This document shows, one piece after another, positions 9,613 to 18,153 of a DNA stretch of 64,000 nucleotides. Location: NCBI GenBank assembly GCA_963782415.1, contig CAWAJT010000008.1:67105-131104 (forward strand), read 5' to 3'. The translations under genes and the position numbers were made by a program. Under the pieces are notes generated by a model. It searched no databases. It worked only from the letters and a program-made list of their open reading frames with translations, and was not told the origin of the DNA. Origin of the DNA: an uncultured Acidimicrobiaceae bacterium. Lineage in GTDB: Bacteria > Actinomycetota > Acidimicrobiia > Acidimicrobiales > RAAP-2. The stretch's first letter is position 1; each line of letters begins with the position of its first letter.

Positions 9613-11490
9613 GTGCTGACGTCACGTCGCTCGCTCGCAGGTCTCGCGCATCCTGCACGGACTCGAGCGCCCATGCTGTTGTTCGGCGGTCTCAGCCTCA
9701 TCACGTTGATCGGCTCTGTCGCACTGGGCGGCGGCGCCGCCGCAGAAGCGGCCGGAGCCGCCCCCGACCAGATGGCAGCCCACGTCACCTTTACGCCCGG
9801 TGCGTCTCCGGCCTACGCAGCTGACGCGGCGGACCCGAACGTCGTGTACTCCGGTGGGACGTACTACGCCTTCACCACGGGAACCCCAGCCGGCAACTTC
9901 ATCCAAGCCCTGACCGACACCTCCGGCAGTCCCGCTTCGGGCTGGCAGCCCTATGCCGGTGGGTCGGGATCGAGTGCACTGCCCAACCCGCCGTCCTGGG
10001 AAACGCACAACACGCAGACCTCCCCCGGCGTCTTCAACTACGGGGGGCACTGGGTCATGTTCTACGACGCCTCGCAGTATCCCCATCCGAACGACTCGGG
10101 GTACAGCTGCATTTCCGTGGCCACGGCGGCGACGCTCAGTCCCCCCGTCTTCTCGGACTCTTCGACCCAAGGCCTGGAGTGCGGCACGCCCGGTGTCGGG
10201 GTGCTCGACCCGAGCCCGTTCGTCGACCCCGCCACGGGCATCGCCTACCTCCTCTGGAAATCCAATGACGGTGGGGGCTCGGCGGCGCCCTCGCAGATCT
10301 GGTCGGCGCGCCTGAGCGCCGACGGCACCAGCATCGTCGGCACCCCGACCGTCCTGCTGACCGTCGACCAGCCGTTGCTGCCGTGGGAGACGACCACGGA
10401 CGACCCGCAGATGGTCTTCGCCGCCGGTCAGTACCACTTGTTGTTCTCCGGCGGCGACTTCACCAATTCGAGCTACAACGAGGCGCTCACCACGTGCTCG
10501 GGGCCACTTGGCCCGTGCAGCCAACCGACGGCTCCCTTCCTCACCACGTACGGCACCGCCTACGGACCCGGTGGTGGTGCACTCTTCCAAGACGCCCAGG
10601 GGAACTGGTGGCTCGGCTACGCCGCCTGGTCGCTGCCGTGCACCTCCTACAGCTGTGGCGCCCTCAGGGAGCTGTACACCGCACCCATCGATCTGAGCAA
10701 CGGTCTGTCCGTGCCCTGCAACCCGCCCAGCGGCGCGCCGACGGGCTATCGCTTCACAGCCAGCGACGGCGGCATCTTCACCTACGGCAATCAACCATTC
10801 TGCGGTTCGACGGGCGCCATCCACATCAACCAGCCGGTCGTCGGGATCGCCAACACGGCCGACGACGGCGGCTACTGGACGGTCGCTCGGGACGGCGGCA
10901 TCTTCTCGTTCGGTGATGCGCAGTTCTACGGCTCGGCGGGTTCCATCCACTTGAACCAGCCGATCGTGGGCATGGCCGCCACGCCGAACAGCGGTGGGTA
11001 CTGGCTGGTGGCGTCCGACGGCGGCATCTTCTCCTACGGCAACGCAACGTTCTACGGCTCCACTGGGTCGATCCACCTCAACCGGCCCATCGTGGGCATG
11101 GCATCGACACCCGACGGCGGCGGGTACTGGCTGGTGGCCTCCGACGGCGGGATCTTCTCCTACGGCGATGCCACGTTCTACGGTTCGACCGGTTCGATCC
11201 GGCTCAATCAGCCGATCGTCGGCATGGCCGCCACGCTGAGCGGGCACGGGTACTGGCTGGTGGCCTCGGACGGGGGCATTTTCAACTACGGCGATGCCAC
11301 GTTCTACGGATCGTCCGGCTCGATCCGCCTCAACCGGCCGATCGTCGGCATGGCGGCGACCTCGAGCGGGCACGGGTACTGGCTGGTGGCCTCCGACGGC
11401 GGCATCTTCAGCTACGGAGATGCCCAGTTCTACGGCTCGACGGGGTCCCTCCACCTCAATGCCCCGATCGTGGGTATGAGCGGGCCCTGA
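9613..11490 (+). CDS. secreted protein: N-terminal GH43-like five-bladed beta-propeller glycoside-hydrolase domain + six C-terminal 42-aa tandem repeats (putative beta-propeller)
   Basis: GTG 9613 after an AAGGGGG RBS. Signal with a twin-arginine-like SRRSLAGL, then a hydrophobic stretch and AxA. GH43-like motifs (DPNVVYSGGTYYAF; VLDPSPFVDPATGIAYLLWKSNDG). Six repeats GYWLVASDGGIFSYGDAxFYGSTGSIxLNxPIVGMAAT. Confidence 0.65.
   Translation: MLTSRRSLAGLAHPARTRAPMLLFGGLSLITLIGSVALGGGAAAEAAGAAPDQMAAHVTFTPGASPAYAADAADPNVVYSGGTYYAFTTGTPAGNFIQALTDTSGSPASGWQPYAGGSGSSALPNPPSWETHNTQTSPGVFNYGGHWVMFYDASQYPHPNDSGYSCISVATAATLSPPVFSDSSTQGLECGTPGVGVLDPSPFVDPATGIAYLLWKSNDGGGSAAPSQIWSARLSADGTSIVGTPTVLLTVDQPLLPWETTTDDPQMVFAAGQYHLLFSGGDFTNSSYNEALTTCSGPLGPCSQPTAPFLTTYGTAYGPGGGALFQDAQGNWWLGYAAWSLPCTSYSCGALRELYTAPIDLSNGLSVPCNPPSGAPTGYRFTASDGGIFTYGNQPFCGSTGAIHINQPVVGIANTADDGGYWTVARDGGIFSFGDAQFYGSAGSIHLNQPIVGMAATPNSGGYWLVASDGGIFSYGNATFYGSTGSIHLNRPIVGMASTPDGGGYWLVASDGGIFSYGDATFYGSTGSIRLNQPIVGMAATLSGHGYWLVASDGGIFNYGDATFYGSSGSIRLNRPIVGMAATSSGHGYWLVASDGGIFSYGDAQFYGSTGSLHLNAPIVGMSGP
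10744..11487 (+). repeat. six near-identical 126-bp tandem repeats inside the secreted-protein CDS
   Basis: Repeated DNA such as ctggtggcctccgacggcggcatcttctcctacggcgatgccacgttctacgg with a period of 126 bp; copies 3-5 are roughly 90% identical. Confidence 0.8.
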
Positions 11491-11505
11491 GCCGAGCGCC
11501 CATCG

Positions 11506-12681
11506 CTACGTCCCGACACCCTCCACTCCCAACAGGTTGACCGTGGCGATGCTGCCGCCGCCCACCAGGTGGGCCAGCGCCACCGTTGCCCCGTCGACCT
11601 GGCGCCCCGTGGCCTGGCCGCGCAGCTGCAGCACGGCCTCATGCAGCATGGCGGTCCCGGTCGGGCCGCCCGGGTGCCCGCGGGCGAGCAGGCCGCCGTC
11701 GGTGTTGAACGGGATGCGCCCACCGGGTCCCGTCTCACCTTCGACGACGAGCTTCTCGCCCTCGCCCTCGGCACAGAACCCGAGCAGCTCGTAGTACTCA
11801 AGCTCCTCGTTGACGAAGGCGTCGTGGCAGAAGGCGACGCTCACGTCGTCGGGTCCGAGCCCGGCCGCCTCGTAACATTGAAGAGCCGTGTCGCGCGTCA
11901 TGGTGGCGGGGCCGACCACCGGACCGACGAAGGTGTGGCCCGGCGAGTAGGTCTCCGACATGAGGGCCGAGGCGAGGGCGCGCACGACGGGGCGGTCGGG
12001 CCGGCGGGCGCGCACGAGGTCCTCGCGGGCCACGATGATGCAGGCGGCGCCGTCGTCGGGCGGGCAGCACATCATGGTGGTGAGGGGCTCGGCCACCAGG
12101 CGGGCGGCCAGCACCTCCTCGGCCGTCACCACGTGGTCGGACTGGCGGTGTGCCGTCGGGCAGGTGGCGCCGTAGTTCCAATTCTTCGCCGCGATGGTGG
12201 CGAAGTGCTCGGGCGTCGTGCCGCGGTCGTGCATGCGGCGCTGCGCCCACAGCGCGAAGTAGGCCGCGGGCAGGATCGGCGCGTCGATCTGGTCGCGTCC
12301 CGCCCCGCGTCCACCACCCCCGACCATGTCGGTGAACTTGTCGAAGCACAGGGCCATGGCCACGTCGGCCCGGCCCGAGCTGACGGCCCAGGCCGCCTCG
12401 CGGAACGCCACCAGCCCCGTGGCCGAGGCGTTCTCAATGTGCGTCACCGGGAGCCCCGTCAGCCCGAATTCCTTCATGGCCTTGATGCCGAGCATGGAGG
12501 CGGGCTGGATGTAGCCGACGAAGGCCTCGTCGATGTCGGCGAGGGTCATGCCCGCATCGTGCAGCGCGAGGAGCCCGGCGTCCCGGGCCAGGTGGGCACC
12601 GGGGATGTCCTTGAACATGCCGAAGCGCACCATGCCGATGCCGGCCACGGCGACGCCGTCGAACTTCATGCCGTGGCTCAT
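11506..12681 (-). CDS. SCP-x/Ltp-type thiolase (lipid-transfer-protein-like, non-acetoacetyl thiolase)
   Basis: Thiolase fold, and genetic pairing with an upstream DUF35 OB-fold protein. The ATG follows directly after the stop codon of the upstream DUF35 gene (stop 12678-12680, start 12681). Confidence 0.75.
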   Translation of the reverse strand: MSHGMKFDGVAVAGIGMVRFGMFKDIPGAHLARDAGLLALHDAGMTLADIDEAFVGYIQPASMLGIKAMKEFGLTGLPVTHIENASATGLVAFREAAWAVSSGRADVAMALCFDKFTDMVGGGGRGAGRDQIDAPILPAAYFALWAQRRMHDRGTTPEHFATIAAKNWNYGATCPTAHRQSDHVVTAEEVLAARLVAEPLTTMMCCPPDDGAACIIVAREDLVRARRPDRPVVRALASALMSETYSPGHTFVGPVVGPATMTRDTALQCYEAAGLGPDDVSVAFCHDAFVNEELEYYELLGFCAEGEGEKLVVEGETGPGGRIPFNTDGGLLARGHPGGPTGTAMLHEAVLQLRGQATGRQVDGATVALAHLVGGGSIATVNLLGVEGVGT

Positions 12682-13100
12682 GCGGCGTCCGCGGCGGGGC
12701 GGAAGCGGTAGATCACGACGTCGTTTCCGTCCTTGTCCTGGCGCAGCGTCTCGAGGTCGATCTCGACCTCCATGCCGATGGCGAAGTCGTCGGGGCCGCC
12801 CGAGAGGATCGACTGGACACGCGGTCCCTCGGGCAGGTCGACCTGGGCCACGCCGTAGCCCGCCACGTCGGCGTCCTTCTTCCCGAACATCGGCACGTGG
12901 CAGTAGGTCCAGGTGTGGATGGTGCCCCGCGTCGAGAGGTCCACGTCCTCTGTGCCCTCATGCAGGCACTTGGCGCACACAAGGCGGCGCGGGAAGAAGA
13001 CCTCGTCGCAGGCGGGGCAGCGGCTCCCGAGGAGCCGGGGCGGCGCGGCCGGATCGTCCGGTATCTCGAAGAACCCTTCTTCGATGGGGATTCGGGTCAT
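12678..13100 (-). CDS. DUF35 OB-fold/zinc-ribbon protein (thiolase partner, ChsH2-C/BbsA-like)
   Basis: CPACDEVFFPRRLVCAKC rubredoxin-like zinc ribbon plus an OB fold. ATG 13100 after GAGGAG; the alternative GTG 13154 lies upstream. Confidence 0.7.
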   Translation of the reverse strand: MTRIPIEEGFFEIPDDPAAPPRLLGSRCPACDEVFFPRRLVCAKCLHEGTEDVDLSTRGTIHTWTYCHVPMFGKKDADVAGYGVAQVDLPEGPRVQSILSGGPDDFAIGMEVEIDLETLRQDKDGNDVVIYRFRPAADAA

Positions 13101-13209
13101 GCGCTCCTCGCTCGATTCGTGGGCATCGTCGGTCGACCGCGGGGAGTTTGGCACAGCCCTCCGGCGGCGGCCCAGCCGAACGGGGTGGCCAGTGCGAGCT
13201 CGCGCACGA

Positions 13210-13319
13210 CAATCAGCCCCGGCTCAGCAATCAGTCCAGCTCGGCAATCAGCCTCAGCTCAGCTCGCAGGCTCAGGGTCGGCGGAGTTCGGTCGGCGGAG
13301 TTCGGTCGGGCGGAGTTCG
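13210..13319 (-). repeat. intergenic tandem repeats: 3x ~18 bp (CAATCAGYCC.GCTC.G) followed by 3x 14 bp GTCGGCGGAGTTCG
   Basis: Direct reading: CAATCAG units at 13210, 13228 and 13245; GTCGGCGGAGTTCG at 13277, 13291 and 13305 (the third has one extra G). Lies between the lysR stop and the DUF35/thiolase operon start. Confidence 0.8.
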
Positions 13320-13346
13320 GTTGCCGGCCACGGCGCCCCTCGCACG

Positions 13347-14240
13347 TCAGCCGGGGATGGCGACCGCGGCGGACGGCGCGAAGGCGGCTCGGGTCAGCTG
13401 GACGAAGCGGGCGGTGTCGGCTGAGAGCGCCCGGTCACGACACACGAAACCGACGGGCACCGTCTGCACCGGTGTGAACGGGCGCACTTCGATGCGCTCC
13501 TGATTGGCCACCAGACAGCGGTACGAGAGAAACGAACCCATGCCGGCCTGGGCCGCCGCCAGCCACGAACCGCGGTCCTCGAAGACGACCGTCTCGTGGG
13601 GAGTGGTCCCGGCAGACTGCGTCGCCATTGCGTTGATGAGGGTGCGACGTCCGGAGTCCGGCGGTGGGACGATCAAGGGTTGCAACACCACGTCGTGCCA
13701 TGTCACCGCGGCAGGGAGATCGGTGCCGAGCGGTGAGACGAGCACCACTTCGAGCTCGGCGACGCGTATGTCGGTCAGTCGGCTGGCGCCAACGGAGGGG
13801 GTCAGTTCGCTGAACCCGATGTCGGCCGTTCCGTCCCCGACGATGTGGATCACGTGGTCGGCGTCGTCGGCCCGGCACACCCGGATCACGAGACCGGGCT
13901 CGCATCGACGCAGTTCACCCAAGGCCTCCGTCAGGAGCTGCCCGTTCGTGGGCGTGGTGGCGATGACGAGCTCACGATTTGCCCGCACTGCCTCGGCCGC
14001 CCCTGCCACCGCATCGAAGGCGGCCAGGGACGCGCGTGCGGCACCCACGATGATCTGGGCCTCCTCCTTGACGACGAGGCGTGTGCCGGCGCGTTCGAAC
14101 ACGGCGACCCCTTGCTCGGCTTCGAAGGCGTGGATGGAGCGTGACACCACCGGCTGCGTCACACCCAGCGATCGGGCAGCGGCGCTCACCGATCCGGCGT
14201 CACTCACTGCGACGAGATAGCGCAGCTGCTGGATGTTCAT
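13347..14240 (-). CDS. LysR-family transcriptional regulator
   Basis: N-terminal HTH (MNIQQLRYLVAVSDAGSVSAAARSLGVTQPVVSRSI) and a LysR substrate-binding domain. Confidence 0.85.
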   Translation of the reverse strand: MNIQQLRYLVAVSDAGSVSAAARSLGVTQPVVSRSIHAFEAEQGVAVFERAGTRLVVKEEAQIIVGAARASLAAFDAVAGAAEAVRANRELVIATTPTNGQLLTEALGELRRCEPGLVIRVCRADDADHVIHIVGDGTADIGFSELTPSVGASRLTDIRVAELEVVLVSPLGTDLPAAVTWHDVVLQPLIVPPPDSGRRTLINAMATQSAGTTPHETVVFEDRGSWLAAAQAGMGSFLSYRCLVANQERIEVRPFTPVQTVPVGFVCRDRALSADTARFVQLTRAAFAPSAAVAIPG

Positions 14241-14249
14241 GCTCTCTGA

Positions 14250-14264
14250 GCATAGGTGGTATGC
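14250..14264. promoter_or_regulatory. LysR-type dyad box GCATA-N5-TATGC in the lysR/phosphoesterase divergent promoter
   Basis: Inverted repeat GCATAGGTGGTATGC 10 bp upstream of the lysR start codon; fits the T-N11-A autoregulatory site pattern. Confidence 0.4.
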
Positions 14265-14333
14265 CCGAAATGGGTCTTGTGGCGGGTGGCCGCGGGTGCT
14301 CAGGTTAGGCGGTTCGCAATGGGGAGGTCACGA

Positions 14334-16560
14334 ATGACGGGTCTGAGACGAGCGCTCACGCAGGGTGCGGCCGGAGTGCTCCTGGTGCTCACGGGTGCCA
14401 CCGTCGGTCAGGTTGTCAGCACCTCGGGAGCCGCCGCGGCCCCTGTCGTGCGTGCCGCGCTCGCCCCCGGCACCATCAACAACGTCCTCGTCATTCAGCT
14501 CGAGAACGAGGGCGCCACCGAGACGTTCGGACCCGGTTCCGTGGCCACCTATCTCAACGGGACGCTCGTCCCCAAGGGCGAATTGCTCCAGAACTACTAC
14601 GCCACCGGCCACGTCAGCCTCGACAACTACATCGCCGAGATCTCCGGGCAGGCACCGACGCCGTTGACCGACTCGGACTGCAACCTCACCGGCTACAGCA
14701 ACGTCACGCCGGGAACCGACGATCCCAACACGGCGAAGTACCCCGGACAGGTCGACGGGAACGGTTGCATCTTCCCGGCGCCGACGGCAACGACCACTGG
14801 GGCGCCGACCATTGCCGATCAGCTCGACGCGGCGTCGCCGCCCAACCCGACGACGCACGTGGCGTCCTGGCGGGAATATGCCGAGGACATGGGGAACGAC
14901 CCGACCCGCGACGGCGGTGTGGCCGACCCGCTTGGCGGGACCGATTGCGCCCATCCGACGGTCGGCGGCACGGACGGCGCCGCAGTGGCCGAAGCGTCCG
15001 ATCGGTATGCGACGCGTCACAACCCCTTCATGTATTTCCACTCCGTCATCGACAACACCGCCGAGTGTGACGCCAACGTGGTGCCGCTCGGCAAGGCGAC
15101 CGTGGGCACGCCCAGCACGTTCAACAGTGTGTCGCTGCCCGACACCTTCACGGGCCACTTGGCCAACGACCTCTCGAGCACGTCAACCACGCCGAAGTTC
15201 GGCTTCATCACGCCCAACCTGTGCGACGACGGCCACGATGCGACCTGCGCCGGCACCAACGTGGAGGGCGGCAACACGGGCGGACTCACGGCGGCGGACC
15301 TGTGGCTCAAGCACTGGATGCCACTGATCATGGCGTCCCCCTCGTACCAATCCGGTCAGATGCTGGTCGTGCTCACGTCCGACGAGGCTGATGTCACGGA
15401 CACGAGCGCTTGCTGCAACGAGCAGCCCGGCCCGAACTGGGCTTTCCCCGGTCACAGCCCGCTGCTCGGCGCGGCACCGACGACTCCGGGCGCCGATCCT
15501 GGTGGCGGGAGGATCGGCGCCCTGCTGCTCAACGCCGACTACATCGTGCCCGGGACCGTCGACACGACTGGGTTCTACAACCACTACTCGGCTCTGCGCA
15601 GCTACGAAGACCTGCTCGGGTTGACGACCGGTGGGGTCGATGGCGAGGGTCATCTGGGGTTCGCCGCCGCCACCGGATTGACGCCCTTCGGCCAGGACAT
15701 CTTCCAGCCCAACCAAGCACCGACCATCACCACCAATCCACAGAGCCAGTCCGTCGTCACGGGGGGATCGCTGACCTTCACTGCCGCCGCCGACGTCACG
15801 ACGCCGAGCATCCAGTGGCAGGCCTCCGTCAACGGCGGGGGCAGTTGGTTCAACGTATCCGGGGCGACGAACCCCTCGCTGACGGTGAACAACCTGAACA
15901 GTTTCGTGAACGGCTGGGAGGTCAGGGCCGTCTTCACGAACCACGCCGGCGCCGCGACGTCCAGTGCCGCGACCATTTCGGTGACCGCACCGGCGACCTC
16001 CGTGACCCTGCCGTCGAACAACGCCACGGTGTCGGGGTCGGCCATCCTCGACGCGCTCGGCATCGCCCGGGGTGTCCACGGTGCACTACGAGCTGAGCGG
16101 TGGAAGCCTCACCAACGCCGTGATCGCCACCGCCACCCCGACCATCTACGGCTGGCTGGCGCATTGGAACACCACCACGGTGGCGAACGGGACATACACG
16201 CTGTCGAGCGTGGCGTCTTCGGGCGGCCTCACGGGCACGAGCCCGGGCATCGCAGTGACCGTCAACAACCCACCACCGGTGACCGCCGTCGTCCTGCCGT
16301 CGAACAACGCCACGGTGTCGGGGTCGGCCATCCTCGACGCGCTGGCATCGCCCGGGGTGACCACGGTGCACTACGAGCTGAGCGGTGGAAGCCTCACCAA
16401 CGCCGTGATCGCCATCGCCACGCCGACCATCTACGGCTGGGTGGCGCATTGGAACACCACCACGGTAGCGAACGGGACATACACGCTGCAGAGCGTGGCC
16501 TCCTACGCCGGCGGCGTCAGCGGCACCAGCGCTCCCATCACCATTTCGCTCGGCAATTGA
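14334..16560 (+). CDS. secreted phosphoesterase-family protein (non-haemolytic phospholipase C / AcpA acid phosphatase family) with two tandem ~95-aa C-terminal Ig-like repeats; apparent +1 frameshift near 16058
   Basis: ATG 14334 after GGGGAGG; RR-containing signal peptide. Phosphoesterase motifs (FITPNLCDDGHD; NHYSALRSYEDLLGL). The protein continues in frame 16072..16560 after a 1-nt insertion (gcgctcggcatcg versus gcgctggcatcg in repeat 2). Confidence 0.65.
16000..16557 (+). repeat. two tandem ~285-bp near-identical repeats encoding the duplicated C-terminal domain of the phosphoesterase
   Basis: ctgccgtcgaacaacgccacggtgtcggggtcggccatcctcgacgcgct recurs at 16008 and 16294; the repeats are >90% identical. 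Confidence 0.8.
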
Positions 16561-16589
16561 TGCCGGCCGGCGGTCTGGCCCGGTGGGCG

Positions 16590-18153
16590 CTAGATCTCTG
16601 ACGCGTTCTGTTCCCAGTAGGGATCACGCAGGCGACGCTTGTAGAGCTTCCCGTTGGGGTCGCGGGGCATGGTCCCGGTGAAGTCGATGGACCGCGGGCA
16701 CTTGTACTTGGCCAGCTTGGTGGCGCAGTGGTCGAGTAGCTGCTCGGCCAGTGCTCCGGACGCGGCGTAGCCGGCCGCTGGTTCCACCACCGCCTTGACC
16801 TGCTCGCCCCATTCGTCGTCGGGGATGCCGAAGACGGCGGCGTCGCCGACGGCCGGATGCGAGAGCAGCGCCGCCTCGACCTCGGCCGGGTACACGTTGA
16901 CACCCCCCGAGATGATCATGTCGATCTTGCGGTCGCGCAGGTACAAGAACCCGTCCTCGTCGAGCTCCCCCATGTCCCCGACGGTGAAGAGATCGCCGTG
17001 GCGGTTGGCGGTCGTCTTCTCGGGATCGCCCTTGTAGCGGAAGTCGCCTCCCATGAGCTTCATGTAGACCGTCCCGACGGTGCCGGCGGGCAGCTCGTTG
17101 CCCTCGTCGTCGAGGATCTTGATGTCCGCCCCCTGCCAGGGGCGGCCCACCGTTCCGGGGTGAGCCAGCCAGTCCTGTGGCGTGGCCAGGGTGCCGCCGC
17201 CCTCGGTGGCGCCGTAGAACTCGTAGATCACCGGCCCGAGCCACTCGAACAGGCGCCGCTTGAGTTCGATCGGACACGGTGCCGCGGCGTGGATCACTTG
17301 GCGCAGCGACGAGACGTCGTAGCGGGCGCGCACGTCCTCGGGGAGCTGCATGAGGCGGTGCAGCTGTGTAGGCACCATGGCCGTGTCGGTGACCCGATAG
17401 CGCTCTATCAGGCGCAGCGCCTCTTCGGCGTCCCACTTCTCCATGAGCACGACGGGGTGCTCGAAGTGGGCCGAGAAGTAACCGAAGGACAGCGGGGACA
17501 TGTGGTACATCGGCGACGTCACCAGGTGCACGGCGTCCCCGCCCGGTTCGATCCCGTAGCGCAACAGGTTGCCGCTGAAGACCTGCACCCAGGTCTCGGG
17601 GTCGAAGGAGGGGAGCGTGCGCTGGACCGCCTTCGGGCGTCCGGTCGTCCCCGAGGTGTACTGCATGAATTGCCCGGCGACGCGGTCTTCCGGCGGCCCG
17701 TCGGGCTGGCCGGCCAGCCCGGCGGCGAGCGGGGTGAAGCCTCCGATGTCGCCGCCCACGGCGATGCGGCCGGGCTCGGGCACGCCGGACTCGAGTGCGG
17801 CCGCGCCAGCGACGGCGGCGAAGCGCTCGTCGGCCACGAGGGCCTTTGCTCCGGCGTCGCGGCAAGATGTAGGAGACCTCGTCCACGGTGAGGTTGCTGT
17901 TGAGCGGGACGAAGTTCCATCCGGACTGGAACAGCGCCATGAGCACAATGAGCACCTCGGCCCGGTTGGGCAGGAGCATCGCGACGGGGTCACCCGGCTG
18001 CAGCCCGCGCTGGCGCAGTGCCCGCACGAGCTGGTTCGCCTTGGCGTGGACGTCTCCGGCCGTCCACGCCGTGCCGTCGGGATCGATCACCGCGAGGCGG
18101 TCGGGCTCGACCGTGGCGGCCGCCCAGAAGCCGCGCAGCTGCGGCGGGCTCAC
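16590..18153 (-). CDS. long-chain-fatty-acid-CoA ligase / AMP-dependent synthetase (FadD-like); 1-nt frameshift near 17870
   Basis: AMP-binding motifs (YTSGTTGRPKAV; GYGATE-like; C-terminal PRDPNGKLYKRRL). The GTG start at 18153 overlaps the acyl-CoA dehydrogenase stop (GTGA). The N-terminal 95 aa lie in the 16624..19119 frame and the remainder in the 16590..17993 frame; one extra base in ttgcCgcgacgcc breaks YIL-RDAGAKALV. Confidence 0.7.

Noticed and set aside
9622-11454. 610-aa minus-strand ORF
   Set aside because: Antisense to the GH43-like repeat protein, which has clear domain motifs and a signal peptide. Its own translation is low-complexity.
13277-13319. CRISPR array
   Set aside because: The 14-bp units are directly adjacent with no spacers, there are only 3-4 copies, and no cas genes are present; these are simple tandem repeats. 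The same applies to 37109-37170.
14256-16601. Treating 14256..16601 and 16072..16560 as two separate genes
   Set aside because: The second ORF is the in-frame continuation of the duplicated C-terminal domain after a 1-nt insertion; its start codon is not preceded by an RBS.
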